A DNA stretch of 64,000 nucleotides, from the NCBI RefSeq assembly GCF_009914755.1, contig NC_060935.1; one strand, 5' to 3'. Of the stretch, positions 12,040-32,923 are shown one piece after another. The notes under the pieces were generated by a model that searched no databases, was not told the origin of the DNA, and saw only the letters and a program-made list of their open reading frames with translations. Each line of letters starts with the position of its first letter. The stretch's first letter is position 1. Source of the stretch: the human T2T-CHM13v2.0 reference genome, Homo sapiens. Made by a program: the position numbers and the translations under genes.

Positions 12040-12500
12040 GAGATTCTCCACTCTGGGTTAACCTCACTTAGAGTGTTGCTCCAGGCTCCATTTTAGAAGC
12101 AGTAGAAACAAATGGGAACATACACTGAGGATATCAATCAGTTTGGTGAAAATGTTGAAAACTATAACATGAGAAGTAGTTGAATGAAACTAGAAAAGTC
12201 TGAGGAAAAAAAGACGGGATGACTTTATAGCTGTGTTTAATTATTTATAGGGTTACCATAAGGAAGAAGGAGTATTCTCTGTGGTTTAAGAAGGAAGGGC
12301 TGGGTTCATTGGGTTTAACTTGGACATTATAATTGTCAAAATAAGGAATCAAGTACCTTCTCAAATAGTGATTTCTCCATCACTGAGAATATTCAAGTAG
12401 AAGGTAGATGAGCATTTATCAGGCATACTATAGAGATTCATACATAGAAGAAAGTTGAACTAGATAACCAAGAGGTCTCTTTTAACTGTAAAAATCTGTT
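12040..12500 (+). mobile_element. L3/CR1 3' fragment
   Basis: Diverged CR1-type 3' sequence ending gaggtctcttttaactgtaaaaatctg. Confidence 0.5.
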
Positions 12501-12609
12501 GTCTTGATCTTTTTAAAGACCTCTTCTGATGCAAACTCTACATGTGATGTTTGTGTGTCATTTTTCTGCTATACTCTGTTGAGAAGAAGAATTGGAAATA
12601 CAGATGGTT

Positions 12610-12890
12610 TTTCTTTTTTCTTTGAGATAGGATCTCACTCTGTCACTCAGACTGGAGTGGTGCAGTGGTATGGACATGGCAGCCTCAACTTTCGGGGCTC
12701 AAGCAGTCCTTCCACCTCAGCCTTCTGAGTAGTGGGGGCTATAGGCACACAGCACCACAACCAGCTAATTTTTAAATTTTTGTGGAGGCAGAGTGTAGCT
12801 AAATTGCCCAGGCTGTCCTTGGCTCAAGCAGTCCTCCCACCTCTCGCTCCCAAAGTGCTGGGATTACAGGCATGAGCCACCACACCCAGC
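12610..12890 (-). mobile_element. AluJ
   Basis: Reverse Alu consensus. Confidence 0.9.
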
Positions 12891-12900
12891 CACTAATGGA

Positions 12901-14077
12901 TTTTTATTTTTTAACTTTTAAGTTCAGGGGTACATGTACAGGCCTGTTATATAGGTAAACTCATGTCGTGGAGGTTTATTGTACTAATTATATCATGACC
13001 CAGGTATTAAGCCTAGTGCCCATTAGTTATTTTTCCTGATCCTCCGCCTCCTTCCACTCTCCATCCTTCAGTAAGCCCCAGTGTGTGTGGTTCCCTTCTT
13101 TGTGTCCATGTGTTCTCATCTTTTAGCTCCCAATTATAAGTGAGACCATGAGATATTTGGTTTTCTGTTCCTATGTTAGTTTGCTAAGGATAGTGGCCTC
13201 TAGCTCCATCTTGTTCTTTTTTATGGCTGCCTAGTATTCCATGGTATGTAGGCACCACGTATTCTTTATCCAGTCTACCACTGTTGGGCATTTAGGTTGA
13301 TTGCATGTCTTTGCTATTGTGAATAGTGCTATAATGAACATACGCATGCATATGTCTTTATTATAGAATGATTTATATTCCTTTGAGTATATACCCAGTA
13401 ATGGGATTGCTGGATCAAATTGTAGTTTTGCTTTTAGTCTTTGAGGGATCGCCACACTGTTTTCCACAATTGTTGAACTAATTTACACTCCCACTAACAG
13501 TGTATAAATGTTCCTTTTTCTCCACAACCTCACCCATACCTGTTATTTTTTGGCTTTTTGATAACAGCCATTCTGACTGGTGTGAGATGGTGGCTCGTTA
13601 TGGTTTTGATTTGCATTTCTCTGATGATCAGTGATGTTGAGCTTTTTTCCATACGCTTGTTGGCCACATGTATGTCTTATTTTGAAAAATGTCTGTTCAT
13701 GTCCTTTACCCACTTTTTAATGGGGTTGTTTGTTTCTTGTAAATTTGTTTAATTTATAGATGTTGGATATTAGGCCTTTGTCAGATGCATAGTTTGCAAA
13801 AATTTTCTCCCATTCTGTAGGTTGTCTCTTTACTCTGTTGATAGTTTCTTTTGCTGTGCAGAAGCTCTTTAGTTTAATTATATCTCATTTGTTAATTTTT
13901 GCTTTCATTGCCATTGCTTTTGGCATCTTCTTCATGAAATCTTTGCTCATTCCTATGTCTATAACAGTATTGCCAATGTTGTCTTCCAGGGTTTTTATAG
14001 TTTCGGATCTTTAATCCATCTTGAGTTAATTTTTGTATATAGTGTAAGGAACAGGTCCAGTTTCAATCTTCTGCATA
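12901..14077 (-). mobile_element. 5'-truncated L1PA13-15-like element
   Basis: Reverse L1 3'UTR and ORF2 C-terminus. Confidence 0.88.
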
Positions 14078-14086
14078 CACAAATGG
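14069..14086 (-). promoter_or_regulatory. nCaRE-A-like motif CCATTTGTGTATGCAGAA
   Basis: Matches the recalled PTH negative calcium-response oligo A; ~3.3 kb upstream of the TSS. Confidence 0.65.
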
Positions 14087-14644
14087 TTTTATAAACACAT
14101 TTTTTGCATTGTTATTATAAAGCCATGCTTAATATTCTGATTTGGAGATTTTTCCCGCTTTGGGTAAGTTTAATGTAATTGACAGCCTTCTAGGAGTGAT
14201 GCAATTATCACTTTCTTGTTCTTCTTTCTCTTACACTTATTTATAGAATAAATTGTCATACCAAGGCAACCACATTATTAAACTAGTTTTACAGAAAAAT
14301 AAAGCAAATAGTTCAGACAGTGGTCACTCATTTGTTCACTCAAAAAAATGCGTTGAATACTATCTGCCAGGGGCTGTATTAATCACTGGATAATTGAGAC
14401 ATAATCAATGCCTTGAAATTTAACACATAATTATAATATAATGTGATAGGTATTATAATAGGGTTATGAACAAAGACTTATAAAAGCACAGAAGAGGAAG
14501 TGACAATTTCCCTAAAGTTGTTGGAAGCTGTTTTACTGAAAAGCTGAACTGTCCTGACAGGTGATTGTGTTTTCCATCAGAGAAGGTAAGAAAGGACAGA
14601 GGGAACTGCATGCGCACAGGCATGCAGGCAATGAAGACTGAATA

Positions 14645-14941
14645 GACGCAGTGGCTCACACTTGTAATCTCAGCACTTTGGGAGGCCAAGGCAAGGGGAT
14701 TGCTTGAGTTTAGGAGTTTGAGACCAGCCTGGGCAACATAGCAAGACCTCATCTCTCCTAAAAGTTAAAAAAAAAATCAGCAGGATGTGGTGGTGCACAC
14801 CTGTAGTCTCAGATACTCAGGAGGCTGAGATGGGAGGATCACCCAAACCTGGAAGATGGAGGCTGCAGTGAACTCTGATCATGCCACTGTACTCCAGCCT
14901 GGGCGACAGAGTGAGACCCTGTCTCAAAAAAAAAAAAAAAA
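14645..14941 (+). mobile_element. AluJ with TSD AAGACTGAATA
   Basis: TSD at 14634-14644 and 14942-14952. Confidence 0.92.
14907..14930 (-). promoter_or_regulatory. nCaRE-B (TTTTTGAGACAGGGTCTCACTCTG), Alu-derived APE1/Ref-1 site
   Basis: Palindromic core TGAGAC-AGG-GTCTCA at the 3' end of an Alu, ~4.2 kb upstream of the TSS. Confidence 0.75.
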
Positions 14942-15619
14942 AAGACTGAATATTGAGTATATGCTTGTGGATGGAGAGGGAAAATGGGGAAATGGATGAT
15001 GACTCCAAAGAAGTAAGATTTGGGTACAATTTTGGAAGATTATTGTGTGAATGCCAAGGAGTTTTGTCTTGCAGTCCTCTCTAAACTCTAAATGTGTGCA
15101 TGAGTAATATTGTTGTGTCCTTCAAATTTTTCAAAGGACTACTTGACCTTCCCACAAAGCAGTAATATAGCTGCCAAGACTTGATATATAGTTTATCTGA
15201 ACCATCACGTTCTGGACCTGCAGGTATTAGATAGAAGGAAATCACTTAGGAGGACAGGGTTAGGGGATATGTGGGCACAAGAGACTGATGACACCGTGAC
15301 AGAGAAGAGCTGAGCACAGCTTTTTGCTTTGAAAACGTCAGCTTTTCTTAGCATTCTAAAGTACTGAAGCTAGGGTCAAACAATCTAATGTATTCCTCAC
15401 ATTTGGGAAGGACAAAATACCATGTGTTGTGCCCTGTTCCCTTATGGAAGGTTTAAGTTAAGACGGATACTTTTTCCTTCTGTTTGCTCAATAGGAATTA
15501 GTACAGCTTTGGGAATTTGACATCAACAAGCTTCCAGGGCTGAAAAATCCAGCTACATCTCTCTAATTCCATGTTTTGTGAACAGATTGGATAATTTCTA
15601 CTCCCTTTTTAAAAAAAAA

Positions 15620-15882
15620 AAACAAATTTACTGAGGTTCAATTGATATACAAAGAACTGTTCATATTTAATGTGTACAATGTGATGAGTTTGGACATACA
15701 TGTTATCCCTGTGATACCATCACCACAATTAAGGTAATAGACATAGCCAGCACTTCTCAAAGTTTCCTTGTCGTTTAGAAGAACACAACATGAGACCTAC
15801 CTTCTTAAATTTTGAAGTTCACAATGCAGTATTATTAGGTATAAACACTATATTGTATAGCAGATCTCTAGAACTTATTCTG
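15620..15882 (-). mobile_element. L1MA/MB 3' end
   Basis: tttactgaggttcaattgatatacaa...agcagatctctagaacttatt. Confidence 0.7.
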
Positions 15883-15906
15883 AATAGTGTCTATCTTAAT
15901 GGTTGA

Positions 15907-16263
<357 letters not shown>

Positions 16264-17057
16264 ACCAAGCTCCTTTTGATCTGTCAGAAAAAACTTTCCT
16301 CTCTGCTTCCTTTCACCAGCCCTAAACTTGTTTATAGTTAGAGGCAATGAACAAAATGCTTAAAGTGACTTAGCACATAATAAATGATTAATATTCCAAG
16401 TATTTATGATAGTATTCTGTTCCTTATTTTTCTTTCTCTAGAATTTTTATTGATGGACGCTGTGATTGTGGTTCTCTAATAGGCAGCATTTAGAAGGCCA
16501 CTGATCTCTATATATTCATGTTATAAACTCTGGGATCCATTATATCTGAGTAGCTCCTCGAAGTTAAAATGTGTAGCCACATTCACAAATACAATATTAC
16601 TTGTTGTTTTTTGTGTGTTCTGTCAGTGAACATCTAACCCTGCATGAGTTTTCAGCTTTCTACATGTTTATATGGATTGGAGGAGTGTTAAGATGATATG
16701 CAATGTTTCCACGATCAGAAAGAGGCATCTCTAGAGGCAGGGACTGAAGGAAATAGCGAGTTACTGGATGCCTGGGATGAGACTGTCTTTCTAAATACAG
16801 TAAGGAATGTCTCTGTCTTGTCACAGAGCAAACCTAGAGAGTCACTTATGGACTTATGGAAACCTTTAGATCTTTATTTAATTGAAAAGGTTTTAGTTGC
16901 CTGTGCAAAGTTCTCTGTTTCTTAAAAAAAGAGAGGGAAAGAAGTAGACACAATTGAGTCATCACTTTTTGAATCATAAGAAAGCCATAGCAATTTAATT
17001 GAGAAGTAAAGTCTCAAATTTTCTGTGGCCCTTTCCAGTGAAGTAAACAGACCACTA

Positions 17058-17398
17058 ATATTATTATTATTATTATTATTGTTAACTTGTCACCCAAGCT
17101 AGACTGCAGGGTCATGAACATGAGCTAACTGTAACCTCAAACTTCTGGACTTAAGCAATCCTCCCACCTTAGCCTCTTAAGTCCTAGTAGCTAGCCTCCT
17201 AGCTACTAGTAAGCCTCCTAGCTACTCCTAAGCCTCCTAGTAGCTATGCTTGTGCTATCACATCCAGCTAATTTTTTTTGTAGGTACAGGGTCTCCCCAT
17301 GTTGCCTGGGCTAGTCTTGAACTCCTGGCCTCACGTGATCCTCTTGCCTTGGCCTCCTAAAGTGCTTGGATTACAGGTGTGAGTCAATGCACCTGGCC
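17058..17398 (-). mobile_element. AluJ with internal short reiteration
   Basis: Reverse Alu with (TTA)n tail. Confidence 0.85.
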
Positions 17399-19159
17399 CA
17401 ACACTTTTGATTCTAAATATTCTCTTTTATTGTCCCATAAATGTAGTTATACTGGTTAGACCAAGTGTTTCAATTCAGGGTTCATACTCTATTAGTTCCT
17501 GCCAGAAAAAAGAATAGTATAAAAAATTTTTTGAAGTTTAGATAATATGGTCTCCTCAGTTAATGTGGATCTTACTCTGGATTACATAGATAGCTTTCTG
17601 CTCTACTCTTTCTTTATCTTTGATAGAATATCATGATGATGCAATTTATGATACAACAGCAAAACAAGAAAATAAAATGTCTTGTACATCCCTTATCCAG
17701 TGTTCAGCTGGAGCAAATAGGCTATGTACTTGATTCTTCCCTTTATGTTTTTGAAATAGTGTGGGAAAATAGTGGGGCATGGGGTATTGTTTTCCCATTA
17801 GTGAAGCTCTAAGTCAAATGATCTGGGTTCTCAGACTCCAGTTCAGGAATGCCAACACTGCAATTTACATTATGGTTTTCATCTAATATGGTAAAGTTTC
17901 ACTGAGCACTTACAGTCAACCAGGCAAGATTTCCCTGCTCATAATCTTTGTGAGTTTTGTTTTTATGTGATTTTTTAAAAAATTTATGACATCTTAACTT
18001 TTCATAGTTTAAAATTCCACATCTCAAAATAGAATACTGCCTTCCCTCATTTGATGAGCTTTCAGATACGAGCTATCATATGTGAAAATGCTTTGCATAT
18101 AATTGACATTCAAAAAATGCTGGTTGAATCTAAATCTGAAAGTGTCCCTTATCTCTTCCCTCAGGTGAGTCCATCTCACTCTAGGAGTTCCTAGTAATAA
18201 GCATAGAGAGTGCTGAGCAACTTGGCCCAATCTGGTCTCTGCCTCCCAGATTTGTGAGTCCAGCTCCCTGAAGTGCAAAGAATTCTGAGGCAGTAGGCAG
18301 TTATGATGTTCATAAAATCCATGCTGTGTTTGCTAATTGCACAAGGAGTTGTTGTAAAACTTAAACTAAAGCTAAGTATATCTTTGTTCTTCTGGTAGCA
18401 ATATGTACTAAGCGTGATTAGAGAGTGGACTCTTATTCAAGTTAACAAACCAACAAGCAGCCCCAGAAGCTGTGTTGTTCTTACATCCACTTGGCAGCAC
18501 TGTGCAGTGGAAACACTCAGGATCTGGAAGCAGACAATGTGGGTAGTTTGTAGCTGTGATACTTATCAGCTGCACAACCCAAGATAAGTCATTTTACATA
18601 GCAGAACTTCAATTTCCACAGAAAAATAGGTATAAACTATCCCCCTAGACTTTGTGAGGATCATGTAGAATAATGTATATCCAAGTACTTTGTCAACAGT
18701 ATCAATGGTACTGATTAGAATCTCAATAATAATAACAGTCTATGTGAATCCTGTTAAGATGATGTAATTCAACTTTGTAGCTTTCTGTGTCTCTGTTGCT
18801 GATTGCATGACATTTCAAATAACATTTCAGAGCTGTTCTAAAAGTTAATGCTAGAATGCTATTGACTTTATCTTTCAACAATGGAAAGAATCTTCAGCAT
18901 GGCCTAACTCAATACATTGTTCAGAAGAATGCCCTAATGGATGCAAAGAGAGGCATGAAGATGAGATTCTCTATTTTCTCTCCAGGGACAGTTTCCTAAT
19001 GTTTAGGGCAACAATGAAGTATGTAAAAGTAGCTGTAAAATTTAATTCAAACACACTCATGCAGTTGGTTATTTTATGTAATCAACTGAAGGGAAGGTCA
19101 TAGTAGAAAGAGCACTAGATTTGGAATCAGAAGACCTGAGTTCAAATCCTGGCATTACA

Positions 19160-19330
19160 AGGGTTGCTGGATTTAGCAAATGAAAGCACAAGACACCCAG
19201 TTAAATTTGAATTATTTATTTCCTAAGCATATGTACACTGAGATAAAAAAATATTGCATGGGACCTACTTATACTAGAAATATTTGTTGTTTATCTGAAA
19301 TAAATTATAAGTATCTAAATTACATGCTTC
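19160..19330. mobile_element. MER53-like hAT element next to MIR fragments
   Basis: agggttgctggatttagcaaat...cacccagttaaatttgaat. Confidence 0.6.
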
Positions 19331-19419
19331 TCTTTTACATTATTTTTTCCTGATGATTTGGCTCTTCTTAACAGTTCCTATTTTGCAGAATTTGTTTCAA
19401 GATTTTTTGCAGTTGTAGT

Positions 19420-20512
<1,093 letters not shown>

Positions 20513-21449
20513 TCTGTTCATTTAAGAAAAGTCATGGAGATATAGCAGACAAAAAGAAATAAATAAGTGAAGCTCTCAGCAAAAAGAAAAAGTTTAGGAA
20601 TTTAATTGAGAAGTAGAGCATTTGATACAGCAAAATTAAGAGTCAAGTAAGATTGTTTTGATCATCTACTGGCAATTTCCACAACACTTTATATTATACT
20701 TTGTCTTACCTGGTTCTCACCAGGTATCTTTGAGGTAAATATTATTTCTGTCTTATAAATGAGAGGCTTAAACTTGGACTTCTGAAGTTTTTGGTTCAAG
20801 TTTAGTCAACTAGTAAGGGGCAAGGCCAAATTTAAATCTATGCATCTGGACTTACATCTTTTTCTTTAATATCATACTGCAAAGAATAAAGGTCAATAGA
20901 AAGGAAACAGAGAATTCAATCCAGGGCATACTTGCTGAGGTCAAGGCCCTGTTTTGAGAGGTATGGGATTATAGAGAAGGTTAGGCATAGACTGTGACCT
21001 GGAGGAATGTATGTTCTAGTGGTGGAGACAGACAAGTATGATTTATAATAACGCCAGATCCATTAGAGTGGGGAGGTGGAACAGATGTGGCACAAGCTTA
21101 TGGTGGGGCTATAATGATGTGCTCTCACAAGCTTTTGGCTGTCGGTGGTAAGAAGTTGCAAGGTCAGATCCCTACACCTATGTGCAATCTCTGCAGATTA
21201 GAAGATTACTTCTTTATGCCTGAGAGAGTATTGAAGGATGGGCATCTCAATTTCTTTTCAGATGTAAGTAAGATGACACATATGAATGATAAAGCTGACA
21301 ATCTTTTATCTAGTATAAAGGTCTCTATCTATAGTTTTCAACCGTAAATGCTTTCCTTGCCACTAAATAGTTTAGTTGACAATCTGATACTAAGTTTGGA
21401 TTCAGCAAAAGACCCATATGTTTCATTAACCAAAGTGCAATTATATAGT

Positions 21450-21700
21450 ACTAGTCATACTCACAGAGCAGTTGCTATATGCTAGAAACTGTTCTAAGTG
21501 CTTTATAAATATTATCTCTTTAGTCTTTACAGCAACCCTGAGGTAGATCTATTTTAACCCGTTTTACAACTGAAGAAACTGAAGCATAAATAAGTTAAAG
21601 ACATGTCTAGGGTTATCCAACTAGTAAGTGGCAGGGACCTGGTTTGAACAGAGGCAGTGTGACTCCAGAACCCATGCTTTTGATAATTATGGAATACTGT
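21450..21700 (-). mobile_element. MIR
   Basis: ttttacaactgaagaaactgaagc core. Confidence 0.7.
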
Positions 21701-21887
21701 CCACACATGTACCCCCATAGACACACACTGGAACAGTATATTAAAGTATGTTTACTTATATGATAACTTAGATTTGAGAAAATATAGTTTCTCTAATCTG
21801 TAAAATTTTTTATATCTTCTCAAGCTTCCCAAGTGCTAGTTAGCAGCAGAATAAGAAGTTCTATATTTGGTTTAATTTAAAAAATGA

Positions 21888-25397
<3,510 letters not shown>

Positions 25398-26279
25398 ATC
25401 ACCAAGTGGGATTTAATGCTGGAATGCAAGGACAGTTCAACAGACAAAAATCAATTAATGTAATACCCAACATTAACAGAATGAGGGGAAAAAAGTTACA
25501 TGATCATCTCAATTGATGCAGAGAAAACATTTCACAAAATTCGATGCCCTTTCATGATAAAAACACTCAACAAACTAGAATTAGAATAAAACTATATCAA
25601 CATAAAATAAAGACCGTATATGAAAAACCTACAGCTAACATCATTTTTTAAGACACATTTTTTTCTCTAATATCGGCAACAAAACAAGGATACCCACTCT
25701 TCACGATTTCTATTCAACATAGTACTGGCAATCCTAACCAGATTAATTAGTCAAGAAAAAGAAATAAAAGGCATCCAAGCTGAAAAAAAATGAGGTTATC
25801 TCACTTCTCAGATGACATGATCTTATAGTTAAAAAACCCTGAAGGTTCCACACACAAAAAATAAGACTAATAAACAAATTCAACAAGTTTGCAGCATGCA
25901 AAATCAACACAAACAGTTGCACTTCTTTACATCAATAATGAATAATCTGAAAAGGAAATTAAGAAAACAATCCCATTAACAAAAGCATTAAAAGAAATAA
26001 ATGCTATTGAACTTACAGTGATCACTACAAGCAATGAATTTACAGTGACAACTACAAAACATGACTGAAAGAAATTAAATACATCAATATATGGAAGGGT
26101 ATTCTGTGTGCATGAATTTGAAGACTTAATACTAATATTAGGAAGTCAATACTACCCAAAGCAATCTACAGATTAAATGCAACATCTATCAAAATCCCAA
26201 TGATTTTTTTTGCAGAAATAGAAAAATTTATCCTAAAATTTATGTAAAATCTCTGGGACCCTGAATGTCCAATACAAGT

Positions 26280-28923
26280 TTTTCCTTATTTTATTTTATT
26301 TTATTTTAGGTTTGGAGCTACATGTGCAAGTTTATTACAGGGGTATATTGTGTGATGCTGAGGTTTGGGCTTCTATTGATCCCATCACCCATATGATTAA
26401 CACAGTACTCAACAATTAGTTTTTCAGCCCTTGCCTCCCTCTCTCCCAGCTTTTGAAGTCCCCACTATCTATTGTCCCCATCCTTATGTCTGTATGTACC
26501 CAATATTTAGCTTCCACTTATAAGTGAGAATAGGTGATATTTGGTTTTCTGGTTTCTGCATTCATTCGCTTAGGATAATGGCCTGCAGCTACATCCATGT
26601 TGCTGCAAAGGAAATTATTTCATTCTTTTTTATGTCTATGTAGTATTTTATGATGTATATATACCACATTTTCAAAATACAATCCACCATTGATGGGCAC
26701 CTAGGTTGTTTTCATTTCTTTGCTATTGCGAGTAGTGCTGCAGTAAATATATGAGTGAAAGTGTCTTTTTGGTAGAACAGTTTATTTTTCCTTTGGGTAT
26801 ATATCCAGTAATGGGATTGCTGGGTCATGTGGTTGTTCTGTTTTTAGTTCTTTGAGAAATCTCCAAATTGCTTTTCACAGTGGCTGAACTAATTTACATT
26901 CCCACAAACAGTGTATAAGCATTCCCTTTTCTCCACAGCCTCACCAACATCCGTTATTTTTTTAATTTTGGTAATAGCTATTCTGATTGGTGTGAGTTGG
27001 TATCTCATTATGGTTTTGTTTCGCATTTCTCTGATGATTAGTGGTGTTGAGCATTTTTCCTGTTTGTTGTATGTCTTTTGAGAAGTGTCTGTTCATGTTC
27101 TTTGTCCACTTTTTAATGTTTTTTTTCTTGTTGATTTGTTTAAGTTCTTTATAGATGCTGGATATTAAACTTTTGTCAGATGCATAGTTTGCAAAAACTT
27201 TCTTCCACTGTATAAGTAGTCTGTTTAATCTGTTGATAGTTTCTTTTGCTGTGCTGAAGCTCTTTAGTTTAATTAGGCCTCCATTGTCAATTTTTGTTTT
27301 TGTTGCATTTGCTTTTGAGGACTTAGTCATAAATTCATTGCCTATGCTGATGTCCAGAAGAGTATTTCCTAGGTTTTCTTCTAGGATTTTTATAGTTTGA
27401 GGTCCTACATTTAAGTCTTTAATCCATCCTGAGTTAATTTTTGTAAGAGGTAGGGATTAATTTCAATCCTCTGCATATGGTTAGCCAGTTTTCCCAGCAC
27501 CATTTATTGATAGGGAATTTTTTTGCCATTGTTTATTTTTGTTGACTTCATTGAAGATCAGTTGGTTGTAAGTGTGTAGCTTTATTTCAGGATTCTTTAT
27601 TCTGTTCCATTGGTCTATGTGTCTGTTTTTACACTAGTACCTTTCTGTTTTGTTTACTGTAGCCTTGTAGTATAGTTTTAAGTCAGATAATATGATGCTG
27701 CTGGCTTTATTCTTTTTACTTAGGATTGCTTTGGCTATTCAGGCTCTTTTTTATTTTCATGTGAATTTTAGAATACTTTTTTTTCTAATTATGTGAAAAA
27801 TTCTGTTGGTAATTTAATAGGAACAGCATCAAATCTGTAGATTGCTTTGGATAGTATGGGCATTTTAATGACATTGATTCTTGGAATCCATGAGCATGGA
27901 ATGTTTTTCCATTTGTTTGTGTCATCTGTGATTTCCTTCAGCAGCGTTTTGTAGTTCTTCTTGTAGAGATCTTTCACCTTCTTGGTTAGATATATTCCTA
28001 GGTATTTTATCCTTTTTGTGGCTATTGTAAATGAAATTGTATTCTTGATTTGGCTCTCAGCTTGAGATTTATTGGTGTATAGCCATGCTGTTAATTTTCG
28101 TACATTGATTTTGTACCCTGAAACTTTACTGAAGTTTTTAACAGGTCTAGGTGTCTTTTGGTGAAGTCTTTAGGGTTTTCTAGGTATATAATTATATTGT
28201 CAGTAAAGAGAGATAATTTGACCTCTGCTTTTCCTATTTGGTTGCCTTTTATGATTTTTCCTTGTCTGATTGCTCTTGCTAGGACTTACAGTTCTATGTT
28301 GAATAGGAATGGTGAGAGTGGGCATCCTTGTCTTATTCCAGTTCTTAGGGGGAATGCTTCCAGCTTTTGCCCATTCAGTATGATACTGGCTGTGAGTTTT
28401 TCATAAATGGCTCTTATTATTTTGATGTACATTCCTTCAATGCCTAGTTTATTGAGGGTTTTTATAATGAAAGAATGTTGGATTTTATTGAAAGCTTTTT
28501 CTGTGTCTATTGAGATGATCATGTAGTTTTGTTTTTAATTCTGTTCATGTGTGAATCACATTTATTGATTTGTGTATGTTGAACCTATCTTGCATCCCAG
28601 GAATAAAGCCCACTTGATCGTGGTAAATTAACTTTTTGATGTGCTGCTGGATTCAGTTTGTTAGTATTTTGTTGAGTATTTTCACATCTATGTTCATTGG
28701 GAATATTGGCCTACAGTTTTCTTTTTTGTTTTGTTTTCTTTGCCAGATTTTGGTATCAGGATGATGTTGGCTTAGTGGAATGAGTTAGGGAAGAGTTCTT
28801 CCTCCTTGATTTTTTTGGAATAGTTTCAGTAGGATTGGTATCAGTTCTCTGTATGTCTGATAGGATTCAACTATGAATCCATCTAGTCCAGGCATTTTTT
28901 TTTTGGGTGGTAGATTTTTTATT
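26280..28923 (-). mobile_element. 5'-truncated L1PA15/16-like element
   Basis: Reverse L1 3'UTR with T-tail and ORF2 fragments. Confidence 0.88.
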
Positions 28924-28945
28924 ACCAAAATAATCTTGAAAAAGA

Positions 28946-29365
28946 TAAGAAAAAGTGGCACATATACACCATGGAATACTATGCAGCCATAAAAAATGAT
29001 GAGTTCATGTCCTTTGTAGGGACATGGATGAAATTGGAAACCATCATTCTCAGTAAACTATCGCAAGAACAAAATACCAAACACCGCATATTCTCACTCA
29101 TAGGTGGGAATTGAACAATGAGATCACATGGACACAGGAAGGGGAATATCACACTCTGGGGACTGTGGTGGGGAGGGGGGAGGGGGGAGGGATAGCATTG
29201 GGAGATATACCTAATGCTAGAGGACGAGTTAGTGGGTGCAGTGCACCAGCTTGGCACATGTATACATATGAAACTAACCTGCACAATGTGCACATGTACC
29301 CTAAAACTTAAAGTATAATTAAAAAATAATAATAATAATAATAATAGTAATAATAAAAAAAAAAA
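28946..29365 (+). mobile_element. Short L1PA2-like 3' end, TSD GAAAAAGA
   Basis: Young L1 3'UTR with (AAT)n/A tail; TSD at 28938-28945 and 29366-29373. Confidence 0.9.
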
Positions 29366-30579
29366 GAAAAAGAAGAATGAAGTTGGAATTCACAACTTAC
29401 TTCGGAGCCATAGTAAATATTAGCACAGTGTGGTACTGGCATAAAGAAAGACATACAGATCAATGGAATAGAATAGAGACCCCAGAAATAAACCCTTTCA
29501 TATGTGGTCAAATGATTTTTGACAGTGATGCAAGACCATTCTATGGGGAAAAGATCATCTTTTCGCCAGTGTCGAGAAAACAGAATAACCACATGTAAAC
29601 AACAACAGTAAGACAGAGCCAAGTATCTGTTCTGAGACTTGGGTTTCTCCCTTGGCCACTTGGCAAATACCTGCTCATTTCCAAGATCTGGCCTAAATGT
29701 AACATTTTCTGTGATGCCTGCCAAAGTATTGACCACTGGGATATTCCCAAGACACTTTATACTCATCTCTTACCAAAGCTCTGAAAGTGGCAGCCAAGGA
29801 TGGAATCCAATCCAGGGCTCTTTCCATCACCCCAGTACCTCTCACATTCACTTCTAAGCTATGGCACTAGCAGGCTGACTCACCAGTGAAACTCAAAACA
29901 GGGAACTAATGGAGGCTTGGAGATTGACTTTTCAGGAAGGCACTAAGCTATATGATAGTGGTTTTGAGTGCTGTGGCCATCTCTATACAGACTTAAAGAA
30001 TTCCCTTCAATCAGCCCTTACATTATCTGAAATGCAGAAGAGGGATTGACTATTTAAGTGTTTAGGAGCTATGGGATATAAGCAGCAATGAACAATATCA
30101 TGTTTCTCTGAACCAGGTACTATGCAGATTTCTCTTGGGTCTTCTGTGGCAAATTCCATTCATCTACCAATTGCCCTCTGTTCTCACCAAACTCCAAGCC
30201 ATTACTTTTAGGACCAATGAAAAGTACTTCAGATCTCTTTCACATTAACCTCCTGCTGTATACATACATATATGCTCAGTTTTGCACTATTAAGTGTAGA
30301 AGTAATATATTAATTGAGCAGCACTGAATAAACCTCCTCAAAAGATTTGAGATATGAGTACAATTTTCTTCAAAGATATCATTCTCACAATATCTCTTCT
30401 TCTATACTTCTTTATAGTATAGAAGTGGGTAAGAAGGTTCAAGAGTCATGAAATGGATTTTCTCATTTCCTTTGCAAATTCTGTCCGTGAAGATTTATTT
30501 TGCACAAATTTTGATGCCTGTACTTAGCACCTTGGTGCAAACTGAGACAGGAGGGACCCTATCTAATATGATGTTATAC

Positions 30580-32690
<2,111 letters not shown>

Positions 32691-32923
32691 CTAATACGGT
32701 CGTTTATGTTTCTTAATATTTAGAGATATTATAAGTGAAATGTCTAGAGACATTTGTTTGAGTTCTGACTCTTCTCCTCACAATTTGATATTAACTCAAG
32801 AAATACCAAGTTAGGATAATAATGCCTATCTTTTAGAGTTGCAGTTATAATCAAATTAAGACAACATATATGAAAATCCCTAGTACAGTGTCAGTTACAG
32901 AGATAGCAATGGGTAAGGTATTT

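Larger units (their letters stand above)
25398..29600 (+). mobile_element. Old L1M(B-like) ORF2 remnant in pieces (25398-26279, 28924-28945, 29366-~29600; stub ~21890-21907)
   Basis: Collinear diverged ORF2 sequence across the interruptions. Confidence 0.75.

Noticed and set aside
16300-19080. Repeat-poor upstream stretches (also ~29600-30570 and 36400-37370) as parathyroid enhancers or hidden exons
   Set aside because: No recognisable coding homology or convincing motif cluster from sequence alone; needs chromatin data
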